Below, in pieces: positions 9,588-19,963 of a stretch of DNA of 64,000 bases. The stretch comes from Minisyncoccota bacterium (GTDB lineage: Bacteria > Patescibacteriota > Minisyncoccia > Phycocordibacterales > UBA6065). Location: positions 316,265 to 380,264 of the forward strand of contig DASZXC010000008.1 in assembly GCA_035546035.1 (NCBI GenBank), read 5' to 3'. The notes under the pieces were generated by a model. It did not search any database, was not told the origin of the DNA, and worked only from the letters and a program-made list of their open reading frames with translations. The first letter of the stretch is position 1; each line of letters begins with the position of its first letter. The position numbers were made by a program, and so were the translations under genes.

Positions 9588-10745
9588 ATGGAACCGCTCG
9601 CGAACAAGATACGCCCTGAAAGACTGAAGGATTTCGTCGGTCAGGAAGAGCTGGTCGGATCAGGGAAGCCGCTCCGCAAAGCGATCGAGGATCGCCATCT
9701 TTTCTCGTTCATACTCTGGGGTCCGCCGGGCGTGGGCAAGACCACTCTCGCGCGCATATATGCCAAGGCTCTCGACGCGCGATTCTATGAATTGTCTGCA
9801 GTCTCTGCGGGCAAAGAAGACATACGTAAGATCGTAGATGGTTCGACGCTCCTTGATCAGCGCCCGAAAGTGCTATTTCTCGACGAGATCCATCGCTTCA
9901 ACAAGGCCCAGCAGGATTTCCTTTTGCCGTTCGTCGAGAGCGGCCGGCTGACATTGATCGGCGCGACGACGGAGAATCCGTCTTTCGAAGTCATATCCGC
10001 ATTGCTCTCGCGCTGCCGCGTATTCGTCCTGAAGAGCCTTGCCGAAGATGATATAAAAGCGATCGTAAAAAGGACCAAGCTCAACATACCGAAAGATGCG
10101 CTCGATTGGCTTGCCTCCTTGGCCAACGGCGATGCGCGCATCGCTCTGACTGCTTTGGATAATGCCCAAAAATTATACGGGTCCGTGACACTCGAAAATC
10201 TCAAAAAAGCCTTCGAACAGATATTTATTCGCTTCGATAAAAAGGGCGAAGAGCACTATGACACCATTTCGGCATTCATAAAATCGATGCGTTCGGGTGA
10301 CGCTGATGCCGCGCTCTATTACTTGGCCCGCATGATCGAGGGCGGCGAGGACCCGAAATTCATAGCCCGTCGCATGGTCATATTCGCATCCGAAGATATC
10401 GGCCTGGCCCAGCCGACGGCGCTTGTCGTCGCGAACGAGGTATTCCGCGCGGTCGAAACGATCGGCTTGCCCGAAGCGGCCATCAATCTGGCTCACGGCA
10501 CGGCGTATCTCGCGCTCGCCGCCAAAGACCGCTCGTCATATGACGCGTATTTCGAAGCGCTCGACGACGTTAAGAAACTCGGTAATCTGCCTATTCCCCT
10601 GAAGATCCGCAATGCGCCGACCAAGCTCATGAGAGGGCTCGGCTATCACAAAGGCTATAAGAAATACGATGCCGACAGTTACCTGCCGGACAAGATAAAG
10701 GGGAAGAGATATCTGAAAAGAAGCAATAAAAAACCGAATCAGTGA
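9588..10745 (+). CDS. rarA: Replication-associated recombination protein RarA/MgsA
   Basis: EPLA...RP, GPPGVGKTT, LDEIHRFNKAQQD, GATTENPSF, ISAFIKSMR. Confidence 0.95.
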   Translation: MEPLANKIRPERLKDFVGQEELVGSGKPLRKAIEDRHLFSFILWGPPGVGKTTLARIYAKALDARFYELSAVSAGKEDIRKIVDGSTLLDQRPKVLFLDEIHRFNKAQQDFLLPFVESGRLTLIGATTENPSFEVISALLSRCRVFVLKSLAEDDIKAIVKRTKLNIPKDALDWLASLANGDARIALTALDNAQKLYGSVTLENLKKAFEQIFIRFDKKGEEHYDTISAFIKSMRSGDADAALYYLARMIEGGEDPKFIARRMVIFASEDIGLAQPTALVVANEVFRAVETIGLPEAAINLAHGTAYLALAAKDRSSYDAYFEALDDVKKLGNLPIPLKIRNAPTKLMRGLGYHKGYKKYDADSYLPDKIKGKRYLKRSNKKPNQ

Positions 10746-10803
10746 AGATTCGGTTAGCTATCAAAGGATGAGCTGTTTGAGTTGATTCAAAGTAGAGGGC
10801 AAA

Positions 10804-11721
10804 TTACTCTGCCTCGTCAGAAGAAATAAATCCGTTGACCTCGCGCTCGATTTTTTGAGCGGAACCGAGAGGGAACCATCTGATATCAGGGTTACGTCTG
10901 AACCACGTCATCTGGCGTTTGGCAAAATGCGCGATGTCTTGTTCGAGGGCGGCGAGAGCCGCTTCTTTTGATGATTTTTCCTGAAGGATAAGAGCGAGGT
11001 ATCGGTATTCGAGACCGAAATCGTGAAGGCGTTTCCAGGAGACACCTTTTTTTCGTAGGCTTTCGACTTCGCGGAGCATCTTTTCGCCGCGCATGCGTTT
11101 CATCAGGCGATCATGGATGCGCTTTCGGAGCATTTCTTTATCAGTTTCAAGCCCGATGAACAGGGTTTCATATCGTTGAATGCGTTTTTGCTTCGGGACT
11201 TCGCCCAGAGCGTGCGCAATCTCGATGGCGCGGATGATGCGGACTTTATTATGCGGGTCCATCGTCTTTGCGCGCCGTGGATCGAGCCTTTTTAGCTCGC
11301 GCATCAGGGCCTCGGCAGATTTTTTCGCGAGCTTAGCGCGCAGGGCTTTGTTCGGAGGCACGGCAGGGAATTGCTCGTCCCAAATCAACGCGTCTATGTA
11401 GAATCCTGTGCCGCCACAGATGATAGGCAGCTTGCCGCGCGACAAGATATCTGCGAGCGCGGCCGCGCCGTCCCGTTTGAATTTTTCTACCGTATAACGA
11501 TCGCCCTTTGGGTTCGCGACATCGAGCAAATGATGCGGCACGCCTTTCATCTCGCGCCTCGTTATCTTGCCTGCGCCGATATCGAGGCTGCGATAGACCT
11601 GGCGCGAATCAGCGGATATCACTTCGCCGTCAAAGCGGCGCGCGATCGCGACGGCGAGGTCGCTTTTTCCCGTCGCCGTCGGTCCGACAATAGCGACGAT
11701 CCTGGGCAATTTCTTCGTCAT
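10804..11721 (-). CDS. miaA: tRNA dimethylallyltransferase
   Basis: GPTATGKS, DSRQVY, GGTGFY, AKRQMTWF. True start is ATG 11721; the longer ORF runs through the tRNA. Confidence 0.96.
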   Translation of the reverse strand: MTKKLPRIVAIVGPTATGKSDLAVAIARRFDGEVISADSRQVYRSLDIGAGKITRREMKGVPHHLLDVANPKGDRYTVEKFKRDGAAALADILSRGKLPIICGGTGFYIDALIWDEQFPAVPPNKALRAKLAKKSAEALMRELKRLDPRRAKTMDPHNKVRIIRAIEIAHALGEVPKQKRIQRYETLFIGLETDKEMLRKRIHDRLMKRMRGEKMLREVESLRKKGVSWKRLHDFGLEYRYLALILQEKSSKEAALAALEQDIAHFAKRQMTWFRRNPDIRWFPLGSAQKIEREVNGFISSDEAE

Positions 11722-11727
11722 AAGAAT

Positions 11728-11811
11728 TGGTGCCGGAGGAGGGACTCGAACCCTCACACCTTTCGATACGCGATTTTGAGTCGCGCGCGTCTGCCATTCC
11801 GCCACTCCGGC
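11728..11811 (-). tRNA. tRNA-Leu(CAA), CCA encoded
   Basis: GCCGGAG/CTCCGGC acceptor stem, loop CT-CAA-AA, long variable arm, GGTTCGAGTCC, ACCA end. Confidence 0.96.
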
Positions 11812-11867
11812 TTGTGCACCAACGTTACAATAAAATTGTGATAAAATCTATCAATCACGAACCGACC

Positions 11868-12887
11868 ATGCAATCACAATTCTCCGGCGACTCCATCTTC
11901 TGGATAGACACTGAAAAGATACGGCCGAACCCGTACCAACCTCGACGCGAATTCGACGAAGCCGCATTGCGCGCGCTCGCTGAGTCTATCCGCATGTACG
12001 GCTTGCTCCAGCCTCTCGTCGTCACGCGGACTGAATTGGCCAAAGAAGACGGCGGCCTGACCGTAGAATACGAGCTCATCTCGGGCGAGCGCCGATTGCG
12101 CGCGTCCAAACTGCTCGGCTTGCCGCAAGTCCCCGCTATTATCCGCGCCGATTCTGAGAATGCGCGGCTCAAGCTCGAGCTCGCCATCATCGAGAATTTG
12201 CAGCGCGAAGACTTGAATCCCGTCGAACGCGCCCGCTCATTCCAGCAATTGTCCGAAGAATTCGGCTTGAAGCATATCCAGATCGCCCAGAAGGTGGGCA
12301 AGAGCCGCGAATATGTGTCGAACTCTATCCGATTGCTCGCATTGCCCGCTGACGCTCTCGATGCGCTCTCGCAGGGTCAGATCTCTGAAGGCCATGCGCG
12401 CCCTCTTTTGATGCTCTCCGACCGTCCGCAGGAACAGGCGACCTTGTTCAAGGAAATAATGTTCAAGCGTCTGACCGTGCGCGAGACCGAGCTCATCGCC
12501 CGCACTATCGCCGTCGAGAGATCGCGCAAGGCGAAAGTCGCCGCGAACCTCGAGCTCGCCGAATTCGAAAAGAAGCTCTCCGAAGCGCTCCATACCCGCG
12601 TCCAGATCGAGCAGCGCCAGAAGGGCGGCAAGATCACGATCGATTTCTTCTCGCCGGAGGACCTTAAATCCATCATGGACATGGTCCAAGGCGGAAGGGT
12701 AGCCGTCGTCGCATCCGCTCCCGCGGCTCCGGTCGCGTCTGGTGCGCCTGCCGTCTCCGTCGCCGACGTGCCCGCTGAAACCCCTGCTACGAGCGCCGCA
12801 TCGCCTATAGACGACCGATCGAAAGACGAGATCAAGGAGGACGAGAACTCCGAAGACCTCTACTCTCTCAAGAATTTTTCGCTCTAA
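11868..12887 (+). CDS. parB: ParB/Spo0J partition protein
   Basis: NPYQPRREF, GLLQP, GERRLRA, ENLQREDLNPVE, HTH; low-complexity Ala/Pro tail. Confidence 0.93.
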   Translation: MQSQFSGDSIFWIDTEKIRPNPYQPRREFDEAALRALAESIRMYGLLQPLVVTRTELAKEDGGLTVEYELISGERRLRASKLLGLPQVPAIIRADSENARLKLELAIIENLQREDLNPVERARSFQQLSEEFGLKHIQIAQKVGKSREYVSNSIRLLALPADALDALSQGQISEGHARPLLMLSDRPQEQATLFKEIMFKRLTVRETELIARTIAVERSRKAKVAANLELAEFEKKLSEALHTRVQIEQRQKGGKITIDFFSPEDLKSIMDMVQGGRVAVVASAPAAPVASGAPAVSVADVPAETPATSAASPIDDRSKDEIKEDENSEDLYSLKNFSL

Positions 12888-12889
12888 TC

Positions 12890-12921
12890 ATAGAAAATCG
12901 CCCGGTCGGGCGATTTTCTAT
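12890..12921. terminator. Bidirectional terminator between convergent parB and topA
   Basis: 15-bp perfect inverted repeat ATAGAAAATCGCCCG-gt-CGGGCGATTTTCTAT. Confidence 0.8.
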
Positions 12922-15113
12922 TCCTTCTTATCGGCTTTCGCCTTTCGTACGAACCCGCGCTTCTTTTTCGGTTCTTTGAATATCTCGAGGGCGCGTGCGA
13001 GCTCTATCTTGTACACGTCATCAGGCGCTTTGACCGAGCGGAAGTCTGCGTCGTGGACGATATAGGGGCCGAAGCGGCCGATATTCGCGGTGATGGGCTT
13101 CTGGGTCTCCGGATGATTGCCGAGGACGCGGGGAAGCGATAGATAATGGACCGCTTGGGCGAGCGTCACTTCTTCGGGCTTCACTTCTTTCGGCACGGAT
13201 GCGCGACGGAGCTTTTCTTTCTTCCGGAATATCTCGCCTGTCGGCATCTCGACGTACGGGCCGTATTTGCCGGATTTGAGCGTGATCTCTCTGCCGGTAT
13301 CGGGATGAATGCCGATGACTTTGTCTTTCGGCATCTCGGTTCCGTCTATAAGCAGAGCGCCGTCGCAGTCGGGATATCGCGAGCACGATAAGAATTTGCC
13401 GGAGCGGCCGAGCTTGATGATCATCGGCGATCCGCATTTCGGGCATCTGATGTTCGGATCGGCGTCGCCGAGGTTCGTCGCCTTGTCGAGCTTTTCCTTG
13501 GCTTTGACTTCCTTGGTGAACGGCTTATAGAAATCAGACAGCGTCTTTTCGTATTTGGCCGTGCCGTCGGCGATGAGGTCGAGCTTGTCCTCCATATCCG
13601 CGGTAAACGTATCGCTGATGTACTGGCTGAAGTTGTCTTCGAGGAAGGTCGAGACGACTTCGCCCGTGTCCGTAGGGCGGAGGTTGCGGTTCTCCTTGGT
13701 CACGTATTCGCGGTCTTCGAGCGTCTTTATGATCGACGCGTACGTCGAAGGCCTGCCGATGCCGCGTTTTTCCAGTTCTTTGACGAGGCCCGCTTCCGAA
13801 TATCGTGACGGGGGCTCGGTGAATTTCTGGAGCGAAGATATGTCGACGAGATTCAGCTTGTCGCCCTGCGACACTTTCGGCAATTCGACGTCTTCGCCCT
13901 GGGCGGCTGGATCGGCGTCGAGCCAGCCTCTATATATAGTGCGCGAGCCGTTCGCCTGGAAGTCGGGGATCGACTTCGAAGCGGTGTTCGCGAGGATCCT
14001 GGTCCTCATGACGCGGGCGTCTTTCATCTGCGAAGCGACCGCGCGGGCCCAGATGAGGGAGTAGAGCTTCTTTTCCTCGTCGGTGTTGCCGGCCGCGCGC
14101 TTGGATGCGGTCGTCGGTCGGACGGCCTCGTGAGCCTCCTGGGCATTCTTCGATTTTGTCGCGAAGGCGCGGATCTCGACCAGGTCTTTGCCGAATGCCG
14201 ATTCGATCGTCGCCGCGATCTGGCCGACGGCCTGCTTTGACAGAGTCGTCGAGTCGGTTCGCATGTAGGTGATGTGGCCGGATTCGTAGAGCTTCTGCGC
14301 TATGCGCATGGTGCGCGACGGCGAGAAGCCGAGGCGTGTCGATGCGGCCTGCTGGAGGGTAGACGTCGTGAACGGCGCGCGCGGGGAGCGCTTTGCCTCG
14401 GTCTCTTCGACCGCTACGACGCTCCACGATTCTCTTTCGCCGACGGATACGATGCGTTCGGCTTCCTTTTGGGCGCGAGGCTCTTCGGAGCATACGAGAG
14501 ATAGCTTTCCCTTTTTCGGCGTCGTGGTTTCAGCGGTTATCACGAAATATTCTTCAGGCTTGAATGCCTTTATCTCGCGCTCGCGCTCGACGAGGATGCG
14601 GAGGGCGGGTGACTGCACGCGCCCGGCGGAGAGGCCGTAGCGCACTTTCTTCCAGATGACGCCGGAGAGGTCGTATCCCACGAGCCTGTCGAGGACGCGG
14701 CGGGCTTCCTGGGCGCGGCGCAGATTCTCATCTATATCGCGCGGGGATTTAAGGGCCTCGATGATGGCGTCCTTGGTTATCTCGTGGAATACCACGCGCT
14801 TTACCGGCTTTTTACCGAAATTGACGGCCTCGGCGATGTGCCATGCGATCGCTTCGCCTTCGCGATCGGGGTCGGTCGCGAGCAAGACCTCGGAAGATTT
14901 CTTGGCGAGTCGCTCGATGTCGGCCAGGACCTTGTCCTTGCCCGCGGACACTTCGTAGTGAGGCGTGAAGTGCTCCATGTCTATCGCTTTCTTATTCGAT
15001 TTCGGAAGGTCGCGCACGTGGCCGACCGACGCGACGACGGTGTATTCGTCGCCGAGATATTTCCCGATCGTTTTGGCTTTTGCCGGAGACTCTACTATGA
15101 GGAGTTTCGACAT
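12918..15113 (-). CDS. topA: DNA topoisomerase I
   Basis: IVESPAKAKTI, ATDPDREGEAI, SAGRVQS, ITYMRTDS, one C4 zinc ribbon plus C-terminal repeats. Confidence 0.97.
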   Translation of the reverse strand: MSKLLIVESPAKAKTIGKYLGDEYTVVASVGHVRDLPKSNKKAIDMEHFTPHYEVSAGKDKVLADIERLAKKSSEVLLATDPDREGEAIAWHIAEAVNFGKKPVKRVVFHEITKDAIIEALKSPRDIDENLRRAQEARRVLDRLVGYDLSGVIWKKVRYGLSAGRVQSPALRILVEREREIKAFKPEEYFVITAETTTPKKGKLSLVCSEEPRAQKEAERIVSVGERESWSVVAVEETEAKRSPRAPFTTSTLQQAASTRLGFSPSRTMRIAQKLYESGHITYMRTDSTTLSKQAVGQIAATIESAFGKDLVEIRAFATKSKNAQEAHEAVRPTTASKRAAGNTDEEKKLYSLIWARAVASQMKDARVMRTRILANTASKSIPDFQANGSRTIYRGWLDADPAAQGEDVELPKVSQGDKLNLVDISSLQKFTEPPSRYSEAGLVKELEKRGIGRPSTYASIIKTLEDREYVTKENRNLRPTDTGEVVSTFLEDNFSQYISDTFTADMEDKLDLIADGTAKYEKTLSDFYKPFTKEVKAKEKLDKATNLGDADPNIRCPKCGSPMIIKLGRSGKFLSCSRYPDCDGALLIDGTEMPKDKVIGIHPDTGREITLKSGKYGPYVEMPTGEIFRKKEKLRRASVPKEVKPEEVTLAQAVHYLSLPRVLGNHPETQKPITANIGRFGPYIVHDADFRSVKAPDDVYKIELARALEIFKEPKKKRGFVRKAKADKKE

Positions 15114-15245
15114 ACGTTGTGCAAAGTATTACATGAATGGAAAAAATATAGCAAACGGAGCTGAAGGGAATATGAAGGCCGGATCGCATCCGGCAAAAGA
15201 AAAAAGCCGCCTCGCGGACGGGGCGGCTTTGCAGCGATCTTATAG

Positions 15246-15743
15246 TCAGGCTTGGGGAATCGGTCGGTTCTTGTGGATGCTCCGATCGAGCTGCTCCCTC
15301 CACCGGCGGCTGTCTGCCTCGCTTTTGGTTATGCAGGCGTAGCAGTCTTTGGCCGCCAGGGGGAAGGACGAAACCCGCGACACGCTGTGCGGAGACCGCT
15401 GCTGCGTGGTGAGGGTGAGCGTCACGCCGTCGACGGGAGCCGAGATGAAGAGGCCGTTGAGGAGTTGGGGGTGGACTCTCAGTCTCTCCATGTCGCATGC
15501 TTCCGCGGGAGCGAGACCGATGCTGTCTAAAGCCTCGATCACGCGTCGCTCCGAAGGAGCCGGCGAGTTGATCTTGGACGTGACGACGTAGATATCCACG
15601 CCGTCGATCGTCCGTTTGAAGACGAGCCTGAATTTCGAATGCTTGCCGAAGCGGCTGAAATAGTGGTTGAAGGCTTTGGACGCGAGGACCAGGAGCGCGA
15701 CTGCCACGATGAGGGCGAACAGGTTGGTAAGGACTTCTTTCAT
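15246..15743 (-). CDS. Hypothetical protein with N-terminal TM helix (orphan)
   Basis: Own TTGACA-16-TATAAT promoter (15788-15761) and terminator at 15195-15230. Confidence 0.65.
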   Translation of the reverse strand: MKEVLTNLFALIVAVALLVLASKAFNHYFSRFGKHSKFRLVFKRTIDGVDIYVVTSKINSPAPSERRVIEALDSIGLAPAEACDMERLRVHPQLLNGLFISAPVDGVTLTLTTQQRSPHSVSRVSSFPLAAKDCYACITKSEADSRRWREQLDRSIHKNRPIPQA

Positions 15744-15784
15744 AAAGGAGATTCTCTATGATTATATACCAAAAATCAGTTTTG

Positions 15785-16669
15785 TCAATCAGCAGCCAGG
15801 CGCAACCTGTCGCCGTCTTTTCGGAGGATCTTCTTCAATTCGAGCCCTGATATCAGGATGTTGAGCTCCGTCGCGTCCATTGCCAGCTTCTCTACCAGCC
15901 GGTCGTACGTGCAGGGCTCGAAAAGGGCTGTGATGACCTTGCGTTCATCAGCGGATAGGTCTTTGTAATCAGGTTTCGCCCGCGGCGTTGCAGAAAGTCT
16001 GAGCGCCTCGATCAAGGCTTCCTGGGATATGATCGGCGTCGCGCCATCTTTTATATATGAATGCGGTCCGGCACTCTTTTTCGAGAATATGGAGCCGGGC
16101 ACGATGAGCACGTCGCGGTGGAAGCTCTCTGCCTGCCGCGCGGTGATCATCGTTCCCGAATCCTCTTCGCATTCGATGACGAGCGTCGCCTGGGCTATTC
16201 CCGCCATGATCCTGTTTCTATAGGGGAAGGTCCATTTATTGCCCATGATCGTCTCGTCGAACGGAGACAGCAGACATCCGCCTGCCGCCAGTATCCGGCG
16301 CGCCAGTCCGATATGGTTCGCGGGATATATCATCTCGTCCGAAAGGCCCGAACCTGGTACGGCCATGGTATGGATACCATTCTTCAATGCCGCTTCGTGG
16401 GCGATCGAATCTATCCCGTATGCCAGTCCGGATACGATGACGACGGGCAGTCCGCGCAGTCCGGCGATCAGATATTCGCACGCGGCCTTGCCGTATTCGG
16501 TGTATCGCCGCGATCCCACGATAGTGAGGAATACGTGGTCTTCGGGCGGCATTTCACCGCGGATATAAAGGCGATCGGGGACGCTCGATGCGTTTTCGAG
16601 CGCTTCTTCGAGGAGGCGCGGGTAATCCGCGCGCTCGATCGTCCTGATTTCTTCATGAATGGAATTCAT
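15785..16669 (-). CDS. dprA: DNA-processing protein DprA
   Basis: IVGSRR, IVSGLAYGID..AH, FPYRNRIMAG, C-terminal winged helix. Confidence 0.95.
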   Translation of the reverse strand: MNSIHEEIRTIERADYPRLLEEALENASSVPDRLYIRGEMPPEDHVFLTIVGSRRYTEYGKAACEYLIAGLRGLPVVIVSGLAYGIDSIAHEAALKNGIHTMAVPGSGLSDEMIYPANHIGLARRILAAGGCLLSPFDETIMGNKWTFPYRNRIMAGIAQATLVIECEEDSGTMITARQAESFHRDVLIVPGSIFSKKSAGPHSYIKDGATPIISQEALIEALRLSATPRAKPDYKDLSADERKVITALFEPCTYDRLVEKLAMDATELNILISGLELKKILRKDGDRLRLAAD

Positions 16670-16713
16670 ACGTGAACCAGTGTAGGATAGGAAGATAAAG
16701 AAAAGATTAAGAC

Positions 16714-17979
16714 ATGCTCGATATCAAATTTATCCGAGAGAATAAAGAGCTCGTCAAAGCCGGCGCCGAAAAGAAGCGCGTCCGGATAGATATAGACGGC
16801 CTTCTCGCGCTTGACGACAAGCGCCGCGAGCTTATGTCTTCGATCGAGACGAAGCGCGCAGAGCAGAACGCCGTATCGGCGAAATTGCCGTCGGTTTCGG
16901 CCGACATGAAGACGACCCTCCTTGAATCCATGAAGAAGCTCAAGGCTGACATGGCGACCGAAGAAGAGGCTCTCAAGAAAATTATGGCGGACTGGCAGGG
17001 ATTCATGCTTCGAGTGCCGAATATCCCCGATATGTCTGTCCCGGAAGGCGAGACCGACGCGGATAATAAAGAGATCAAAGTCTGGGGCGACAAGACCGCG
17101 TTCTCTTTCCCGGCGAAAGACCATGTTGAGATCATGACCGCTCTCGGTATGGTGGATTTCGAGCGCGGCGCGAAAGTTCACGGCTTCCGCGGATACTTTT
17201 TGACGGGCGAAGGCGCGCGCCTTTCGTTCGCGATCTGGAACTACGCGATGGAGTTCTTCAGCAAGCGCGGATTCACGCCGGTCATACCTCCGACCATCGT
17301 GCGCAAGGAGAACCTCTACGGCACGGCGCATCTTCCGGGCGACGTCGAAGACTATTATATGACCCAGGACGGCGACGCTCTCGCCGGCACGGCCGAAGTG
17401 CCCGTCATGGCATACCATTCGGGCGAGACGCTCGACGCCAGGTCGTTCCCGATAAAGTACCTGGGCTTCTCTCCCTGCTACAGGCGCGAAGCGGGAAGCC
17501 ATTCGAAGGACGTGAAGGGTCTCATCCGCGTCCATGAGTTCTATAAGCTGGAGCAAGTCGTCCTTTGCGAGGCGTCGCACGAGACGTCGGTGAAGCTCCA
17601 CGAGGAGCTCAACAGGAATACCGAAGAGTTCATCGAGTCCCTCGGCATCCCGTATCACACGGTCGTGAACTGCGGCGGCGATCTCGGTCTGGGCCAGGTG
17701 AAGAAATACGACATCGAGCTCTGGGTGCCGAAGGAAGGCAAGTACCGCGAGATATCGTCCGCGTCCTATTTCCATGATTTCCAGACGAGGCGATTCAATA
17801 TCCGCTATCGCGATGCGGCGGGGAAGCTCCAGTATGCGCATTCACTGAATTGCACCGCTATCCCGACGCCGCGCATACTTGTATCTCTGGTTGAGAATAA
17901 TCAGCAGGCAGACGGATCTATCCGTATTCCGGAAGCGCTCCAGAAATACCTCGGCGCCGACGTTATAAAGAAGAAATAG
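16714..17979 (+). CDS. serS: Serine--tRNA ligase
   Basis: MLDIKFIREN, GTAEVP, CYRREAG, GLIRVHEF, EISSAS. Confidence 0.97.
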   Translation: MLDIKFIRENKELVKAGAEKKRVRIDIDGLLALDDKRRELMSSIETKRAEQNAVSAKLPSVSADMKTTLLESMKKLKADMATEEEALKKIMADWQGFMLRVPNIPDMSVPEGETDADNKEIKVWGDKTAFSFPAKDHVEIMTALGMVDFERGAKVHGFRGYFLTGEGARLSFAIWNYAMEFFSKRGFTPVIPPTIVRKENLYGTAHLPGDVEDYYMTQDGDALAGTAEVPVMAYHSGETLDARSFPIKYLGFSPCYRREAGSHSKDVKGLIRVHEFYKLEQVVLCEASHETSVKLHEELNRNTEEFIESLGIPYHTVVNCGGDLGLGQVKKYDIELWVPKEGKYREISSASYFHDFQTRRFNIRYRDAAGKLQYAHSLNCTAIPTPRILVSLVENNQQADGSIRIPEALQKYLGADVIKKK

Positions 17980-17988
17980 CGCCGTCCG

Positions 17989-18819
17989 ATGCGAGACGTT
18001 CTCAAAACGCGTCAGGGAAAGCTCGCCGCCCGCCGCCGCAAGCGCGCCGCCTTCCTCCTTCTCTTTTTCGCGGCGGCGGCGGGCATCGTCTTCTCCGTCC
18101 TTTCTTTCGTTTCCCAGCTCGATTCTCTTTCCATCGATTCCGTCGCTATTAAAGGGAATGCCCGTATCCCGAGCTCTGCGCTCGAGAACATCGCTCTCGA
18201 AGAGATGGCGGGTAACGATCTTGGCTTCTTTTCGCGACGGAATATCTTCCTCTATCCTAAAAGCGATATCCGCGGCGCCGTCGCGGCGTTGCCTCTCGTG
18301 AAGGCAGCGAGCGTCGGTCGCGACGGCGCCCGCACGCTCCTTATATCCGTGACAGAACGCGATGAAACCGCGCTCTGGTGCGCGGGACTCACTCCCGATA
18401 CAGGCTGTTTCTCCATGGACGACGACGGCTTTATCTTCGACGGACAGCCGCATGAAGATCCGCAGCTCATAAAATACCGCGGCCTCGTCGCCTCTGACCC
18501 TGTCGGCAAGCATTTCCTTCCCGCCGACGAATTCAGGAAGATAAGCTTCTTTATGAACCAGCTCTCCGGGCTTTCGATCGAGCCGCGCGAAGCCGTCTTC
18601 TCCGGCACTTCGACCGCGCTCTATATGACGATCAAGCTCGCGGGCGGGGGAGACCTCATCGTCAATTCCGAGGACGACCTTTCGGCGGTGCTCTCGAATA
18701 TCGCCGCCGTCATATCGAATAAGGCCGTCGCCCCGTCGCTCTCCGAATTCCTTTTGAACCTCGATTATATGAAGCTCGACATAGGCAACAAGGTTGTCTA
18801 TAAGCTCAAGCCGCGATAA
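17989..18819 (+). CDS. FtsQ/DivIB-like POTRA-domain protein
   Basis: Basic N-tail, TM helix, POTRA-like segment (I..V.I.GN..I), C-terminal YMKLDIGNKVVYK. Confidence 0.7.
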   Translation: MRDVLKTRQGKLAARRRKRAAFLLLFFAAAAGIVFSVLSFVSQLDSLSIDSVAIKGNARIPSSALENIALEEMAGNDLGFFSRRNIFLYPKSDIRGAVAALPLVKAASVGRDGARTLLISVTERDETALWCAGLTPDTGCFSMDDDGFIFDGQPHEDPQLIKYRGLVASDPVGKHFLPADEFRKISFFMNQLSGLSIEPREAVFSGTSTALYMTIKLAGGGDLIVNSEDDLSAVLSNIAAVISNKAVAPSLSEFLLNLDYMKLDIGNKVVYKLKPR

Positions 18820-18828
18820 AGTGCGGGC

Positions 18829-19827
18829 ATGGATACCCCTACCGCTAATCTCGGCTTCTGGTCCAAGCTCAAAAAGCCCTTCTTCGTCCTTGCGCCTATG
18901 GCGGACGTGACCGACTGCGCCTTCAGGCGGATCATCGCCGAGCATGGGAGTCCCGACGTGTTCTGGACCGAGTTCGTCTCCGCTGACGGCCTCGCATCGC
19001 CGGGAAGAAAAGTCCTTCTCAAAGACCTCGAATTCACCGAGGCCGAGCATCCGATCGTCGCGCAGCTCTTCACGTCCAAGCCCGATAAGATGCGCGAGGC
19101 CGCGAAGCTCTGCCAGGAGCTCGGTTTCGACGGAATAGACATCAATATGGGCTGTCCCGACCGGTCCATAGAGAAGCAGGGAGCAGGCGCGGCCATGATC
19201 AAAGACCCGAAGACCGCCCGCGCCGTCATCCGCGCGGCGAAAGAAGGCGCGCCGGACCTTCCGGTCTCCGTAAAGACGCGCATCGGCTATAACAAGAACG
19301 AGATAGCGACCTGGATACCTGAGATCCTCGCCGAAAAGCCCGCCGCTCTGACTATTCACTGCCGCACTCGAAAGGAAATGTCCCTGGTCCCTGCACGCTG
19401 GGAGCATGTGCGGGAAGCGGCGGCTCTCCGCGACAGGCTTTCGCCCGAAACGCTCGTCATCGGGAACGGCGATGCCCGCGATATCGAAGACGCGCGGGCC
19501 AAAGCGCGCGAGTTCGGCGCCGACGGCGTTATGCTCGGCCGCGCCATCTTCGGAAATCCCTGGCTCTTCACGTCTCTTGGTAGGAACGGCGGCGAACAGA
19601 CCGTCCCTACCATAGAAGAGAAGCTCAAGGTCATGGTCGAGCACACCAGGCTCTTCGAAAAGCTCCTTGGCGGCATAAAGAGTTTCGCCGTCATGAAGAA
19701 GCACTACAAGGCATACGTGAACGGATTCGACGGCGCTAAAGAATTCCGGATGGAGCTCATGGAATGCGAGAACGCTTCCGAAGTGGCTGCCAAAGTCGAG
19801 GCTTTCTTGACAAAAACGAAAGTTTAG
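18829..19827 (+). CDS. dusB: tRNA-dihydrouridine synthase
   Basis: LAPMADVTD, IDINMGCP, VSVKTRIG, GNGD, GVMLGRA. Confidence 0.9.
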   Translation: MDTPTANLGFWSKLKKPFFVLAPMADVTDCAFRRIIAEHGSPDVFWTEFVSADGLASPGRKVLLKDLEFTEAEHPIVAQLFTSKPDKMREAAKLCQELGFDGIDINMGCPDRSIEKQGAGAAMIKDPKTARAVIRAAKEGAPDLPVSVKTRIGYNKNEIATWIPEILAEKPAALTIHCRTRKEMSLVPARWEHVREAAALRDRLSPETLVIGNGDARDIEDARAKAREFGADGVMLGRAIFGNPWLFTSLGRNGGEQTVPTIEEKLKVMVEHTRLFEKLLGGIKSFAVMKKHYKAYVNGFDGAKEFRMELMECENASEVAAKVEAFLTKTKV

Positions 19828-19889
19828 GTCAATATACATTCTGTAACGGGCTTTGCGGCCCATAGCTCCAACCTCAACCCATCGGAATC

Positions 19890-19946
19890 ATGCCCAAAGG
19901 CAAATCCAGGCGCGGCAAAAAGCGCGCCAGTGGCAAGAAGCGTTAA
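19890..19946 (+). CDS. Candidate 18-aa highly basic peptide MPKGKSRRGKKRASGKKR
   Basis: ATG 19890 to TAA 19946; 10 of 18 residues are K/R; strong terminator follows. Confidence 0.55.
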   Translation: MPKGKSRRGKKRASGKKR

Positions 19947-19963
19947 TCGACGCTCTATCCCGC

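Noticed and set aside
10804-12887. ORF-track N-terminal extensions of miaA (to 11805) and parB (from 11727)
   Set aside because: They run through tRNA-Leu; the real starts are 11721 and 11868.
17842-19863. 673-aa minus-strand ORF
   Set aside because: Antisense shadow of serS, the FtsQ-like gene and dus; no motifs; expected from codon bias at high GC.
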